A DNA stretch of 64,000 nt, from the IMG/VR virus record IMGVR_UViG_3300048924_000100, positions 124,001 through 188,000 of that record; one strand, written 5' to 3'. Of the stretch, positions 27,689 through 36,913 are shown one piece after another (position 1 is the stretch's first letter; the number at the start of each line of letters is the position of its first letter). The notes beneath the pieces are model-generated. The model saw only the letters and a list, made by a program, of their open reading frames with translations. It was not told the DNA's origin and ran no database searches. A program made the position numbers and the translations under genes.

Positions 27689-28741
27689 ATGACGCAACCA
27701 GTGCTTGCTCGTCGTTTTATCAATACACCTACTGTTGAAGCACTCTACAACGCCGAGAATCCTGAAAGCGTTGTGGAAGCCTCGGATGACAAGATCGATG
27801 ATCTGTCGGATGAATACAACAAGGTGTCTGGAACTGAATCACTCTACTACCAGTACGTCTTCTCACACATCCCTCGCCAGCATGATCTTAACCGTGCGGG
27901 CAACGAAGGTTTCGTGAGCTGGATCGGTGATATGGTGAATGCTCTAATCACTGCTGTGAAGAACTTCTTCAAGTGGGTGTTCAGTTTCTTCACCGGTAAG
28001 AAAGAAGTAGCCGCTCGTCAGAATAAGGACCTCTTGGCACAACTGGATAAGAGTGGTGTGCGGAAACACTTCACCCACTACCCCAACGGTTACATGACCC
28101 TGTGGGCCAGTAAGGCCAAGGTGCCTAACAACCTGGACTGGGTACTCAAGTCGGTTGACGACCTCGAGAAAGCCGCAGCTAAGGTTAAGGCTTACGTTAA
28201 GGAAGTCGGCGACGTCGTAGAGAAGGCCGAAGCAGCCTTTGTGGGCAAACAACTGAGCACGGCCAAGGAGAAGTTCGATAAACTCTTCAAGGATCACCAC
28301 GCTAATCTGGTGAAGATCTTTGGTGGCGATCCAGCTGCCTTTGTAGGCGGGACAACTGTCTCTGTCAACGCACACGGTAAGGTGGTAATGAAGGTAGACC
28401 CTGATCTACTGGAAGCTGAGAAGAACGCCGGCTACCTGCCTAACGAAACCAAGACCCGTGAGATCGCCAAGGCATTGGACGGTACCAACAAGGTCTTCGC
28501 TGACGTTATCAATGATGCAGTCAAGTTGGAGAACGTGTTCGTCAAGAACCTGCAAGGGAGCCTGGCATTCGCCAAGAGCACAGAACTCGAGAATGAGGCT
28601 GTTGCTAAATCCATGGCAAGCGATCTGAACGAACTCATCCGAAACGGCATGGCCGGTATCAAGATTCTGGAGACCCTGATCTTTAAGGTCTATCAGTCTG
28701 TGTACCTGATTGCCAAGTCCAGCATCGAGACCAAAGGGTAA
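27689..28741 (+). CDS. Head/ejection family protein (350 aa)
   Basis: Start moved to ATG 27689; SGTE and AGNE sites followed by GFVSWIGDMVNALITAVKNFFKWVFSFF. Confidence 0.7.
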   Translation: MTQPVLARRFINTPTVEALYNAENPESVVEASDDKIDDLSDEYNKVSGTESLYYQYVFSHIPRQHDLNRAGNEGFVSWIGDMVNALITAVKNFFKWVFSFFTGKKEVAARQNKDLLAQLDKSGVRKHFTHYPNGYMTLWASKAKVPNNLDWVLKSVDDLEKAAAKVKAYVKEVGDVVEKAEAAFVGKQLSTAKEKFDKLFKDHHANLVKIFGGDPAAFVGGTTVSVNAHGKVVMKVDPDLLEAEKNAGYLPNETKTREIAKALDGTNKVFADVINDAVKLENVFVKNLQGSLAFAKSTELENEAVAKSMASDLNELIRNGMAGIKILETLIFKVYQSVYLIAKSSIETKG

Positions 28742-28747
28742 GCCACT

Positions 28748-29230
28748 ATGCGCTTGAATTGCTTTAATAAAACGCTGTTGGTCGCTAAGGTCATGGAGCA
28801 ACAAGGCATCCAAGGAATGAACCCTCGTTTCGGGGCTGGTCGTTCTGTTAGCGATACCGTGTTCAGCTATCTTGAACTGGGTAGCAGCGGCACCGGGTTG
28901 CTTATTGACAAGGTTGACCTGGGCGAACTGTTTAAAGGTATCCCTCAGGACATCTCTGGTCTGACCTTCGATACTCCAGAACAAGTGAGCCTGGATGCGT
29001 TGCAGGTATTGGTAGACGACAAGGTAGAAGAATGCATTGTTGTCGGCGAAAGCCCCCTTACCGGTCAGGCAGATGACTTGTCGGTCCATTTCTACAACTG
29101 GTTACGTCTCGTTGGTTTAAGCGACCTGTCCATCTTCGAAGTAGAGCTGGGTACGAGTGAGGGCAACCTCTACGTAACGGCTCGTCGGGCTGCGTACTAC
29201 TGCGGTACCGTGATCATCAAGTATCAATGA
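28748..29230 (+). CDS. Hypothetical protein (up to 160 aa)
   Basis: ORF fills the gap in the operon; start uncertain. Confidence 0.6.
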   Translation: MRLNCFNKTLLVAKVMEQQGIQGMNPRFGAGRSVSDTVFSYLELGSSGTGLLIDKVDLGELFKGIPQDISGLTFDTPEQVSLDALQVLVDDKVEECIVVGESPLTGQADDLSVHFYNWLRLVGLSDLSIFEVELGTSEGNLYVTARRAAYYCGTVIIKYQ

Positions 29231-29239
29231 GGTGTGAGC

Positions 29240-30667
29240 ATGAATTTGTACTTTGAGCTGGGGCTGGTCAGTCTGCTGCTGTCCGGCAAAGCTGGAAAGC
29301 TGGACGCTGAAAAGAATCCAGTGATGGTTGAGTTACTCCGTTCCATGGGTCTCGACTACGTTGTTGACGCTGATAGCACTGACGAGAGTTCTGCTAAAGA
29401 ACGTCTCTTCCGTATCGTGGCTGCGCTGGAAGACCGTCTGGCGTATTACGACGGCAGCGAGCTGCTGGTTAACTGGCCGGTGAATCAGTACCTCAATGAG
29501 TTGCTGCAGAACGTTCACACCGGTGACTTCACTCCAGAACGCAATGTGGCCATGCAGGTCTGTGCGTTGGGTAACAAGTCGTCTGACAATATGTCGGGCA
29601 GTGCGGTTACCGAGTGGATCGAGTTCTCTCACAAGAACCTGCGCTACTTCATTGATCTCTACGAGGGCCATGAACAGCCTAACATCGTAGCGATCCAGTC
29701 GCAGATCCGTTCGATCGAATACGCCGAGAAGGTGTTGAACATCGTTGACGTATTTGTGACCAGCCGCTTGGGTATGTTCATGGGTGTGGAGGAGTTTCAT
29801 CCTTCGCAACTGGAAGACTTGCCTGAGCCATCTGAGCCGGACTTCGAGCCACCGGAAGACTGCCAGAAGAATGCTGACTGCGACTGCGGTTGTATTGCGG
29901 ATCACACGCTTCAGCTGATTCAAGGTATGGAAGACTACCTGAACGGTGTAAACAGTTATGCGGCTAACTACCTCATCGGTGCCGCCAGTGGCCACAATGC
30001 CCGTATGAGCGCTGTAGAAGGCACAGAAGGCGCAATCCTTGATGGTATCAAGGAAATGGCAATGAAGGCCTGGGACATGATCACAGAGTCCTTTAAAGCC
30101 ATCCAGGGGTGGTTCTCCTCTAACGAGAGCACCTCTGATACCAAAGCGGTAGCCGAAGCAGCGGAATCCAACAAGAAGGACCTAGTAGCGGCCAAGGAAG
30201 GCAGCGGGGATCAAATCAACCCTCAGGCCAAAGCTAGCCTGGTAAAGCTGGCAGCTGAAGCAGATCCATCGGGTGCGTTCAGCGCCATTGTGGGTAGCCT
30301 CAACACCAAGGCTGACGCAGCATCCTGCCTGGACAAGCTCCTGGGTCTGTTGAAAAAGCAAGAGGGCCCAGCAGGTGGTTTGGACGCTCTCCTGGATCTG
30401 GCAAAGGATAAGCTTGCCGAACTGAAGACTGCCGCCAGCAATGTGACTGGTAAAGATGAAAAGAACAAGGAAGTTGTGGGTACTGCTAAGAAGGGTACAC
30501 AGGAAAGTATTGCGGCGGCCAAAGAAGCGGTTGCACGAGTGAAAGAGAAAGTTACCGCGCACAAGAAACTGGTGTCTGGTATCCGCAAAGCAGTTAGCGG
30601 GATCAACACCAAGATCTTCCCAGCTGTAGAGCCTAAAGAAGCGCCTAAAGGCGATAAGAAGGAGTAA
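29240..30667 (+). CDS. Head/ejection family protein with long N-terminal pro-region (475 aa)
   Basis: GAGGTG RBS; EGTE followed by GAILDGIKEMAMKAWDMITESFKAIQGWF and an Ala/Lys-rich C-terminal half similar to 10081..11178. Confidence 0.7.
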   Translation: MNLYFELGLVSLLLSGKAGKLDAEKNPVMVELLRSMGLDYVVDADSTDESSAKERLFRIVAALEDRLAYYDGSELLVNWPVNQYLNELLQNVHTGDFTPERNVAMQVCALGNKSSDNMSGSAVTEWIEFSHKNLRYFIDLYEGHEQPNIVAIQSQIRSIEYAEKVLNIVDVFVTSRLGMFMGVEEFHPSQLEDLPEPSEPDFEPPEDCQKNADCDCGCIADHTLQLIQGMEDYLNGVNSYAANYLIGAASGHNARMSAVEGTEGAILDGIKEMAMKAWDMITESFKAIQGWFSSNESTSDTKAVAEAAESNKKDLVAAKEGSGDQINPQAKASLVKLAAEADPSGAFSAIVGSLNTKADAASCLDKLLGLLKKQEGPAGGLDALLDLAKDKLAELKTAASNVTGKDEKNKEVVGTAKKGTQESIAAAKEAVARVKEKVTAHKKLVSGIRKAVSGINTKIFPAVEPKEAPKGDKKE

Positions 30668-30672
30668 CGGTA

Positions 30673-31377
30673 ATGGCCTTGGAAAACGTTCACCCGGTGG
30701 TTCTCGAGCGTATCAAGAACCAGCTACCCGACGGCTTCACGGTTCTGAGCGCTGTTGCTGAATCCGAAAGCAAAACTGCGTTCTTGGTTGAACAGAACGG
30801 TATTACTCAAAAGGCCTACATGCTCAAGGGTAATCTCTTGCAGGTGATGGCTCACAAGGCGCCTGAGGTCTCAGCCAAAGAAGGGGATCTCCTGGGCGCT
30901 GTCGTGCAAGAACTGTCTGATGCGTACCAGCTCCACCTGTTGGATAAGGTGGACTACAACGTCGACGACCTGTTGGTCGAGTTCGTGGGTAAAGATCAGG
31001 TCCAGGTTTCTGTTTCGATCCTGCCCACCAGTACCAGTCTCAGCGGTGTGCTGATCTTCACCGTCAGGAACAAGGATGCGGCTGCTCGTCCTCTGAAGCA
31101 GAGCACCCTCGATCTGGAAGAGCATCGTGTCCGGTTAGCCCTGGCAGGTAAAGTGTTTGAAGTTACTGACCCTGAACCGGTTAACCCCGACAAGACTCTT
31201 ACGCAAGAGTTCGCTGAACAGCTGGAAGAGTTTGTAGGCTCGCTGGGTTTCACAACACCGCCTACGGCTGATGACTTCCAGTTGGCTGACGTGCTCAGCC
31301 AGTTGCATGACGGTATCTCGGCTCTGGTGATTATCAAGTTGCCAAGTGACCTGGTTGTTCCTGTGCGCTGGAAGTAA
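30673..31377 (+). CDS. Hypothetical, probable virion protein (234 aa)
   Basis: GGAG RBS; last gene before a terminator. Confidence 0.7.
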   Translation: MALENVHPVVLERIKNQLPDGFTVLSAVAESESKTAFLVEQNGITQKAYMLKGNLLQVMAHKAPEVSAKEGDLLGAVVQELSDAYQLHLLDKVDYNVDDLLVEFVGKDQVQVSVSILPTSTSLSGVLIFTVRNKDAAARPLKQSTLDLEEHRVRLALAGKVFEVTDPEPVNPDKTLTQEFAEQLEEFVGSLGFTTPPTADDFQLADVLSQLHDGISALVIIKLPSDLVVPVRWK

Positions 31378-31390
31378 CCCTTACTGATCG

Positions 31391-31435
31391 GTAATGGAAG
31401 GTAACCCCTTCCATTACTTATCTTTTTATTTTCAT
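31391..31435 (+). terminator. Intrinsic terminator
   Basis: GTAATGGAAGG-TAACC-CCTTCCATTAC followed by TTATCTTTTTATTTTC. Confidence 0.75.
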
Positions 31436-31451
31436 TATTGAGCATACACCC

Positions 31452-32972
31452 ATGATGCTGAAATCAATGGTAATGTCTGAAGATGACTATGCATCGTTCT
31501 TTCGCCCTGCGGTGTTGGATTCTCTCAGACAAGTTCTAAAGTTCTACAGCTTGGACAATGCCTCGCAAATCATTTATAACGGCGAGAATGATGTTGCCAA
31601 GTTGATTGGCAGTAACTCTGATGACGGTCTGCGTGGTGACATGTACACCGATGGCGTCTTCCGTAACAAACTGTTCATCGTGGTAGAGAAAGAAGACACC
31701 CCATTTAACACCGGTTATTCCAACCAGCGTCGTGAACCGACCGAACGCCCGGTATGGTTAACCGATGACGAAGAGCCTATGGGGCTGTACCCAGCCTTCT
31801 CTGGCGTAAAGGTTAACGTCTCTGTAGTGGCCTCGTTTAACAGCAGCAAGCTGGCAGACCACTACGTGCGCCGTATCAACCGTGTTCGTGATAACCAGAT
31901 GGCTGACATGGCGTTCAGTGCTACGGTCCACCTGGGCGTTAACAACGGTATCCTGGCGTGCATGCAGGATATCCATACACTACTGCTCAAGAACGATCCG
32001 ACTACTCCTGAGTTTGGTGAGTGGTTCAACAAGTATTGCCAAGTACCGTTCACTACCATCTCCAACGTGGCAGGTAAGAACAAACGTCTGGTAGTTCCAC
32101 AGCGTTTGGACTTCATCGGTATTCAGTTCTCTGATCCAGAGATCCAGCGTTCTCGTAAAGGTTCCACTATCGGTAAGTATGAAGTCGAGTTCAAATACTT
32201 CTTCTACTTCAACGAGTTCACCAACTGGGAGTTCTTCTACCCATTGGACGTTTATCAGGATGAGATTCCTGAGAAGTGGATCCCTATCCCTAACGAGCAG
32301 TTTGTTCGACCGTTCAACGTACGGGTGGCCCCTGAAGTAGCCTGGGGTCTGTCTAACCAGACCACCCGTCAGCAGGAAGCCCCTTACTTCATGAAGTTGC
32401 CTAAGCATGATCCTTGGGTAATGAAGCGAGTACCTTTCGTACAGCCTATCATTCAGGCACGGTTGTCGGTGGATAACATCGAGAACCAGGAGCTGGTCAA
32501 CATCTTCGAGATTCCAGGCTTTAAATGGAATGAGCAAGTCAAGGCTTACATGCTTCGTCGTCGCGATGTGGCGTTCACTCAATACGCTACGCCGTTCCTG
32601 GTCTGGGTGTACAGCAACAACCTGCGTATTCTGCCTACTCAGTTGAGTATGGACGAGACAGGCTCTGTAAGGCTCTCCAGGCTGCCTACGATGAAAAATG
32701 TGCACCACATCGTGGTAACCCTCGATTATGCGATCCGGGACTACACAGACGCTTTCTGGGAGGATCTGTATCAGAACCCTCAGGACCTCAATCTGTTGCC
32801 GGCCATTTTCCCGTGGTATCGCTGGGACAAGTTGCCTGAACCTTGGCTGGATCATATCCACCAGATCCGCAAAGACATCGATAAGGGCTTAGGGCTGCCG
32901 GGGGATAATCCAACCCGGTACATGATGAACCTCGGTCTTAACAGTTACGTATTGGTAGAGGACAAACGCTAA
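31452..32972 (+). CDS. Virion structural protein (506 aa, phiKZ gp98-like region)
   Basis: Long clean ORF, TAATG-coupled to the next gene; synteny. Confidence 0.6.
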   Translation: MMLKSMVMSEDDYASFFRPAVLDSLRQVLKFYSLDNASQIIYNGENDVAKLIGSNSDDGLRGDMYTDGVFRNKLFIVVEKEDTPFNTGYSNQRREPTERPVWLTDDEEPMGLYPAFSGVKVNVSVVASFNSSKLADHYVRRINRVRDNQMADMAFSATVHLGVNNGILACMQDIHTLLLKNDPTTPEFGEWFNKYCQVPFTTISNVAGKNKRLVVPQRLDFIGIQFSDPEIQRSRKGSTIGKYEVEFKYFFYFNEFTNWEFFYPLDVYQDEIPEKWIPIPNEQFVRPFNVRVAPEVAWGLSNQTTRQQEAPYFMKLPKHDPWVMKRVPFVQPIIQARLSVDNIENQELVNIFEIPGFKWNEQVKAYMLRRRDVAFTQYATPFLVWVYSNNLRILPTQLSMDETGSVRLSRLPTMKNVHHIVVTLDYAIRDYTDAFWEDLYQNPQDLNLLPAIFPWYRWDKLPEPWLDHIHQIRKDIDKGLGLPGDNPTRYMMNLGLNSYVLVEDKR

Positions 32973-34261
32973 TGGGCCTAAAGACCACTCCCTTGGGGCA
33001 GGAACTTCCTCCAGAACCGGAACGTCCCAAGATTTATAGCAACACGTACAAGCACACCATTGTAGACTCGGCCTATACGCCTGAGACGTCGTTACTGACA
33101 ATGGTAGACGGTACTCCGCGGTTGATGGAGTACTATCGTCGGGAACTGGGACCTGACGAAGAGTTGAGTACCTTCCAACCGGATAACTCGGCTGTCTATC
33201 AGAGCTACGCCCGCATCAAGAACCTGGTCGGTAAACAGGACGGTGCCGGCGCTTACGCCTTCGACCCGACTACCGGTCAATCCAGCGGTACGTTCGAGAT
33301 GTGGTTGGCGTTCGATCTGAACCCGTTGCAGTATGACGTGGCGATCATGGACATCGGTGAGGGCCGCGCAGGTCTGTTCCACATCACCCAGCAACCAGAG
33401 ATCCGTAACGACACCTCCAACAAGGTCTACCTCTGTACCTTTGAGAAACTCGGTATCCTTACCGAAGATCTCTTTGCGCAGTTGGATATCCGTGTTGTTA
33501 AGGAATGGGTCTACTCGAAGGACTCGGCGCTGCACGGTGGTATCGCTATCATTACTGATAACGAGTTCACTACGGCCAAGGAGTTGTTCGACTGGCGTCT
33601 GACGATTGCTAACTGGTTGATGAACACCTTCTACTGGAACCCTGAGCGGACAATTGCCTGGGAAGACGGTAACGGGCGGAAGATCTACGACCAATACCTG
33701 GTGAAGTTCCTGGCGGCTCAAATGCCGGCTGACCTCAGAACCTCCTATCCTCCAATTAACCTGTTCTCTACGCAGTACGGTGGACGGGAATACGGTGGCT
33801 TTGGTGATATCACCATCTGGGAGATTCTGATGCGCGGAGACTTCAATCTCCTGCCCATGGTCAAGAACTCCGAGATAACGATCGTCTCCACCAACCGTCT
33901 GATCAATACCCGTCAATACGGTAACTTGCGTTCCAGCAAGTTCGATTGGGTGGTTGTAGCGGATCCCGAACGTTACCAGATCCAACGGGCGTATTTCAAC
34001 ATGGATGGCTTCCCACTGTTAGCCTCCAGCCCGGAATACAAAACGACCTACTTGTTCACCCCTCAGTTCTACGAAGGCCTACCCCAGAATGAGTTTGAAC
34101 ACCTGGTGGTAGATGCCCTGAAGAACCAGATGGTAGACCGGGAGAAACTCCTCGCTTATTGCAAGGGGTACTTCGCTCTGGACAAGTGGCAACAACTCTA
34201 CCACGGCGCGATCCTGTTGCTGTTGATTCAGGTGAGCCGTAAGTTCGGACCTCCGATATGA
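32972..34261 (+). CDS. Virion structural protein (429 aa, phiKZ gp99-like)
   Basis: Coupled ORF; synteny. Confidence 0.6.
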   Translation: MGLKTTPLGQELPPEPERPKIYSNTYKHTIVDSAYTPETSLLTMVDGTPRLMEYYRRELGPDEELSTFQPDNSAVYQSYARIKNLVGKQDGAGAYAFDPTTGQSSGTFEMWLAFDLNPLQYDVAIMDIGEGRAGLFHITQQPEIRNDTSNKVYLCTFEKLGILTEDLFAQLDIRVVKEWVYSKDSALHGGIAIITDNEFTTAKELFDWRLTIANWLMNTFYWNPERTIAWEDGNGRKIYDQYLVKFLAAQMPADLRTSYPPINLFSTQYGGREYGGFGDITIWEILMRGDFNLLPMVKNSEITIVSTNRLINTRQYGNLRSSKFDWVVVADPERYQIQRAYFNMDGFPLLASSPEYKTTYLFTPQFYEGLPQNEFEHLVVDALKNQMVDREKLLAYCKGYFALDKWQQLYHGAILLLLIQVSRKFGPPI

Positions 34262-34998
34262 AAATGCTTTATCCTCGTTACGGCGCTGTGCGGAATCGGT
34301 TGATTGAACTGCACGGCGTGTTGAACCATCGGGTCTATGGAGTCTGGGTGGCTCCTAAGTCCCTGATGTCGATGGATGACCTCCGCGAACGTTACCACAA
34401 TAACCAGCAGGGGTTTGCCAACGATACCAACTACTACGACGAACCCCAGCTGCGGCAAATGAAGGTTCCACAGATCCTGAGCTTCATGGGTAATCTGTTG
34501 GGACCCGAGGACATCGGCTTCCAGAAGGCTAACGATGCAATCCCAGGTATTTACGAATCCATTCAAGAGTACCTGGCGTTGTGGTGTGAGATGATCCGGA
34601 CGGTACCAGAGTTCAAGGCCCCTCCTCGTGAGGAGCTACGACAGCTGGAGAGTCTGGCGTACATGCTGTTTCCTACGTATGCGAAGATCAAGCCCTTTGT
34701 GGTTAACCAGGCTATCCGTGATGCTGGTAAGGATAACAAGGCTCAGGAAGGCATGGGTCTGGCATCGCTTGGTATGCTGTTTACCATGACCCCTATGCTG
34801 AACAAGGGTGTTGGTCAGGATATCAGCTTTGTGAGCCACCTGGACGAGCTGGACAACCACGAGCAGCATCAGTACCAGGTCGACCACCAACAACCGGCTC
34901 CAGGTAACTTCTTCCCAACGCTGAAGATCTCCACTGACAGCTTACGGGACCTGGATACTTCAACCGACACTAACGACTGGATCTTCAAAGGAGACTAA
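34258..34998 (+). CDS. Conserved hypothetical protein (246 aa, phiKZ gp100-like)
   Basis: ATGA overlap; synteny. Confidence 0.6.
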   Translation: MKMLYPRYGAVRNRLIELHGVLNHRVYGVWVAPKSLMSMDDLRERYHNNQQGFANDTNYYDEPQLRQMKVPQILSFMGNLLGPEDIGFQKANDAIPGIYESIQEYLALWCEMIRTVPEFKAPPREELRQLESLAYMLFPTYAKIKPFVVNQAIRDAGKDNKAQEGMGLASLGMLFTMTPMLNKGVGQDISFVSHLDELDNHEQHQYQVDHQQPAPGNFFPTLKISTDSLRDLDTSTDTNDWIFKGD

Positions 34999-35000
34999 TC

Positions 35001-36359
35001 ATGGAGATGCCAAAGCCAATAGCCAACATCATCGCTCACGCTAATGCCCTTGATCAAGTGGGTAATGAGCGGATCTTTACTGTTGACGCCATGGTGGTCA
35101 CTCCTACTGAGCAGATCCCCTTGTTGATCCCTAACGGGTTTGCCTGCTTGTCGTTGTTCGGACCTGCCCATGGGGGTGGTATCTCCCACAGCGACAACGC
35201 GCGTATCAAGGCACAGATCCAACCGGGTGTCTACATGCGTAAGGTATTGCCCAATAAGGATAACCTCTTCATTGAGGTGACCGAGCGGGTAGGCTTCCAG
35301 CAGGTGATGCGCCGCTGGCGTGCAGTGCCCCTGGGTGACTCTGATCCAGAGATGCAGGGTGGTAACTCGGCAATGGCTGACTTGTCAACCAAAGACGACA
35401 CCAACATGATTACCGTATCCTTCCAGTTGTTTGAGACAGGTTATGCCTTGCTCAAGAACGAGTTGGTTTCGGATACCCTGTTGATGGCCACGCTTAAGGA
35501 TGTGCTGCATGGCATTCTGACGGATTACGGTAGTCGACTTACCCTGACAGGTGGTGATGCGTTTAAGGGCGTGAACATCGAAGAGCCTGTGGACAATGCT
35601 CGGGTCTTCAGTCATGTGGCTATTCCTGCTGCCGTACCTCTGGTTAAACTGGGGATGTGGATGCAGGAGCATGACGAGTTCGGGTTCTACAACACGGGCT
35701 TGGGGATGTACTACAGGAAGGGTATGTGGTGGGTTTACCCACAGTACCGCACAGGACGGTATGAGACGGCTCCTAAGGTACTTAACGTGTACCGGGTGCC
35801 TGAAGACGTGATACCCACTCTGAAGCGCTCCTACTTCCAGGAAGGGAAGGCTCTGACGGTTCTGTCTACTGGTGGTGGGGTTACCAAAGACGGATCCGAC
35901 ATCAAGAAGCAGAACGTGGGTACGGGTAAGCGGATTGTTACCGCAGATGCGGCTATGGCTGAGACTGGGGTGTACTACAACAAAGGTCAGGCCATGACCA
36001 CCCGTGCTGACTCCCTGTCCGAGTACCAGACCTCTAAGCGTGCCAGTGGCGAAGAGATGGTGAGCTATCATGCAGAGCCTACCAACAACCTCTGTAAGCA
36101 CCTGACAGAGAACGCAAAGAACGACGGTAACCTGGTGCAGGTATCTTGGCACAACTCTGACGCTTCGCTGATTGATCCGGCTATGCCTGTTCGTTACTTC
36201 TACATGAGCGGTAGTAACAACCTCGTGTACAAGGAAGGCACTGTGCATGTAATCAAGTCAGAGTGGCAGATGGATACCCAAAGCACTGGGCAACCTACCT
36301 TCAGGGAGATTTCTCTTTTGGGGCTGTTCATCTCCGATGACGAGATACTGGTGGAATAA
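35001..36359 (+). CDS. Virion structural protein, probable baseplate hub/tail component (452 aa, phiKZ gp101-like)
   Basis: GGAG RBS; beta-rich sequence; synteny. Confidence 0.55.
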   Translation: MEMPKPIANIIAHANALDQVGNERIFTVDAMVVTPTEQIPLLIPNGFACLSLFGPAHGGGISHSDNARIKAQIQPGVYMRKVLPNKDNLFIEVTERVGFQQVMRRWRAVPLGDSDPEMQGGNSAMADLSTKDDTNMITVSFQLFETGYALLKNELVSDTLLMATLKDVLHGILTDYGSRLTLTGGDAFKGVNIEEPVDNARVFSHVAIPAAVPLVKLGMWMQEHDEFGFYNTGLGMYYRKGMWWVYPQYRTGRYETAPKVLNVYRVPEDVIPTLKRSYFQEGKALTVLSTGGGVTKDGSDIKKQNVGTGKRIVTADAAMAETGVYYNKGQAMTTRADSLSEYQTSKRASGEEMVSYHAEPTNNLCKHLTENAKNDGNLVQVSWHNSDASLIDPAMPVRYFYMSGSNNLVYKEGTVHVIKSEWQMDTQSTGQPTFREISLLGLFISDDEILVE

Positions 36360-36455
36360 ATCTTCAGCCAGTTCCCTATGCCTATGCTCGAAAGAGTAGA
36401 ACTCTTGGGAAACCAGGGGGGAGGGAAGGTGGGAAATTCACGATATAGACTAAGC

Positions 36456-36485
36456 CCCTTACCGTAGGTAAGGGTTTCATTCTTC
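36456..36485 (+). terminator. Probable terminator
   Basis: CCCTTACC-GTA-GGTAAGGG followed by TTTCATTCTT. Confidence 0.55.
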
Positions 36486-36507
36486 TGCTGTGGGGAGTAG
36501 GCGTCAA

Positions 36508-36705
36508 ATGAAAAGAACATTAAGTATCATTCCACCATCATTGTTGCGAAGCCATGTTAAACAAAATGGTCTGGTGCCGGTACCTGAACCTTTTAACCGT
36601 GAACTGTTGCCTTCGACAGCAACCCTGCTCGGTTTCATGCGTACTTGGGTTCAAAATGCTGAGGCCACGACCAAAGGACTGGAGGAACTGGGAAATGCTA
36701 AATAA
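36508..36705 (+). CDS. Small accessory hypothetical protein (65 aa)
   Basis: GGGGAG RBS before ATG 36508. Confidence 0.5.
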   Translation: MKRTLSIIPPSLLRSHVKQNGLVPVPEPFNRELLPSTATLLGFMRTWVQNAEATTKGLEELGNAK

Positions 36706-36838
36706 CCTTACCAAGAAAAAACTGACCATACTTGGCCTGATCTTCCCAAAGCCCTCCAAAAAGCAGCAAGAGGCGCGAGCGGAACTTGCCAAGGCAGATC
36801 ACGACAAATTGATTGAAAGCGCTCTACGCGTGTTGTAG
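36695..36838 (+). CDS. Small basic accessory peptide (47 aa)
   Basis: GGAGG RBS before ATG 36695; overlaps the previous stop. Confidence 0.5.
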   Translation: MLNNLTKKKLTILGLIFPKPSKKQQEARAELAKADHDKLIESALRVL

Positions 36839-36847
36839 CTCGTTGTA

Positions 36848-36896
36848 GCGGCTATATTAATACCCTAACCGCTCGTAGGAGCGGTTAGGGTATTAA
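36848..36896. terminator. Bidirectional terminator; TATAGCCGC on the - strand
   Basis: 18-bp stem TTAATACCCTAACCGCTC-GTAG-GAGCGGTTAGGGTATTAA between convergent genes. Confidence 0.85.
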
Positions 36897-36913
36897 GCTC
36901 CATTATATTTTCT

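Noticed and set aside
36852-36859. TATATTAA as a second early promoter
   Set aside because: It mismatches the consensus at the last base, lies in a terminator stem and points into a convergent gene end.
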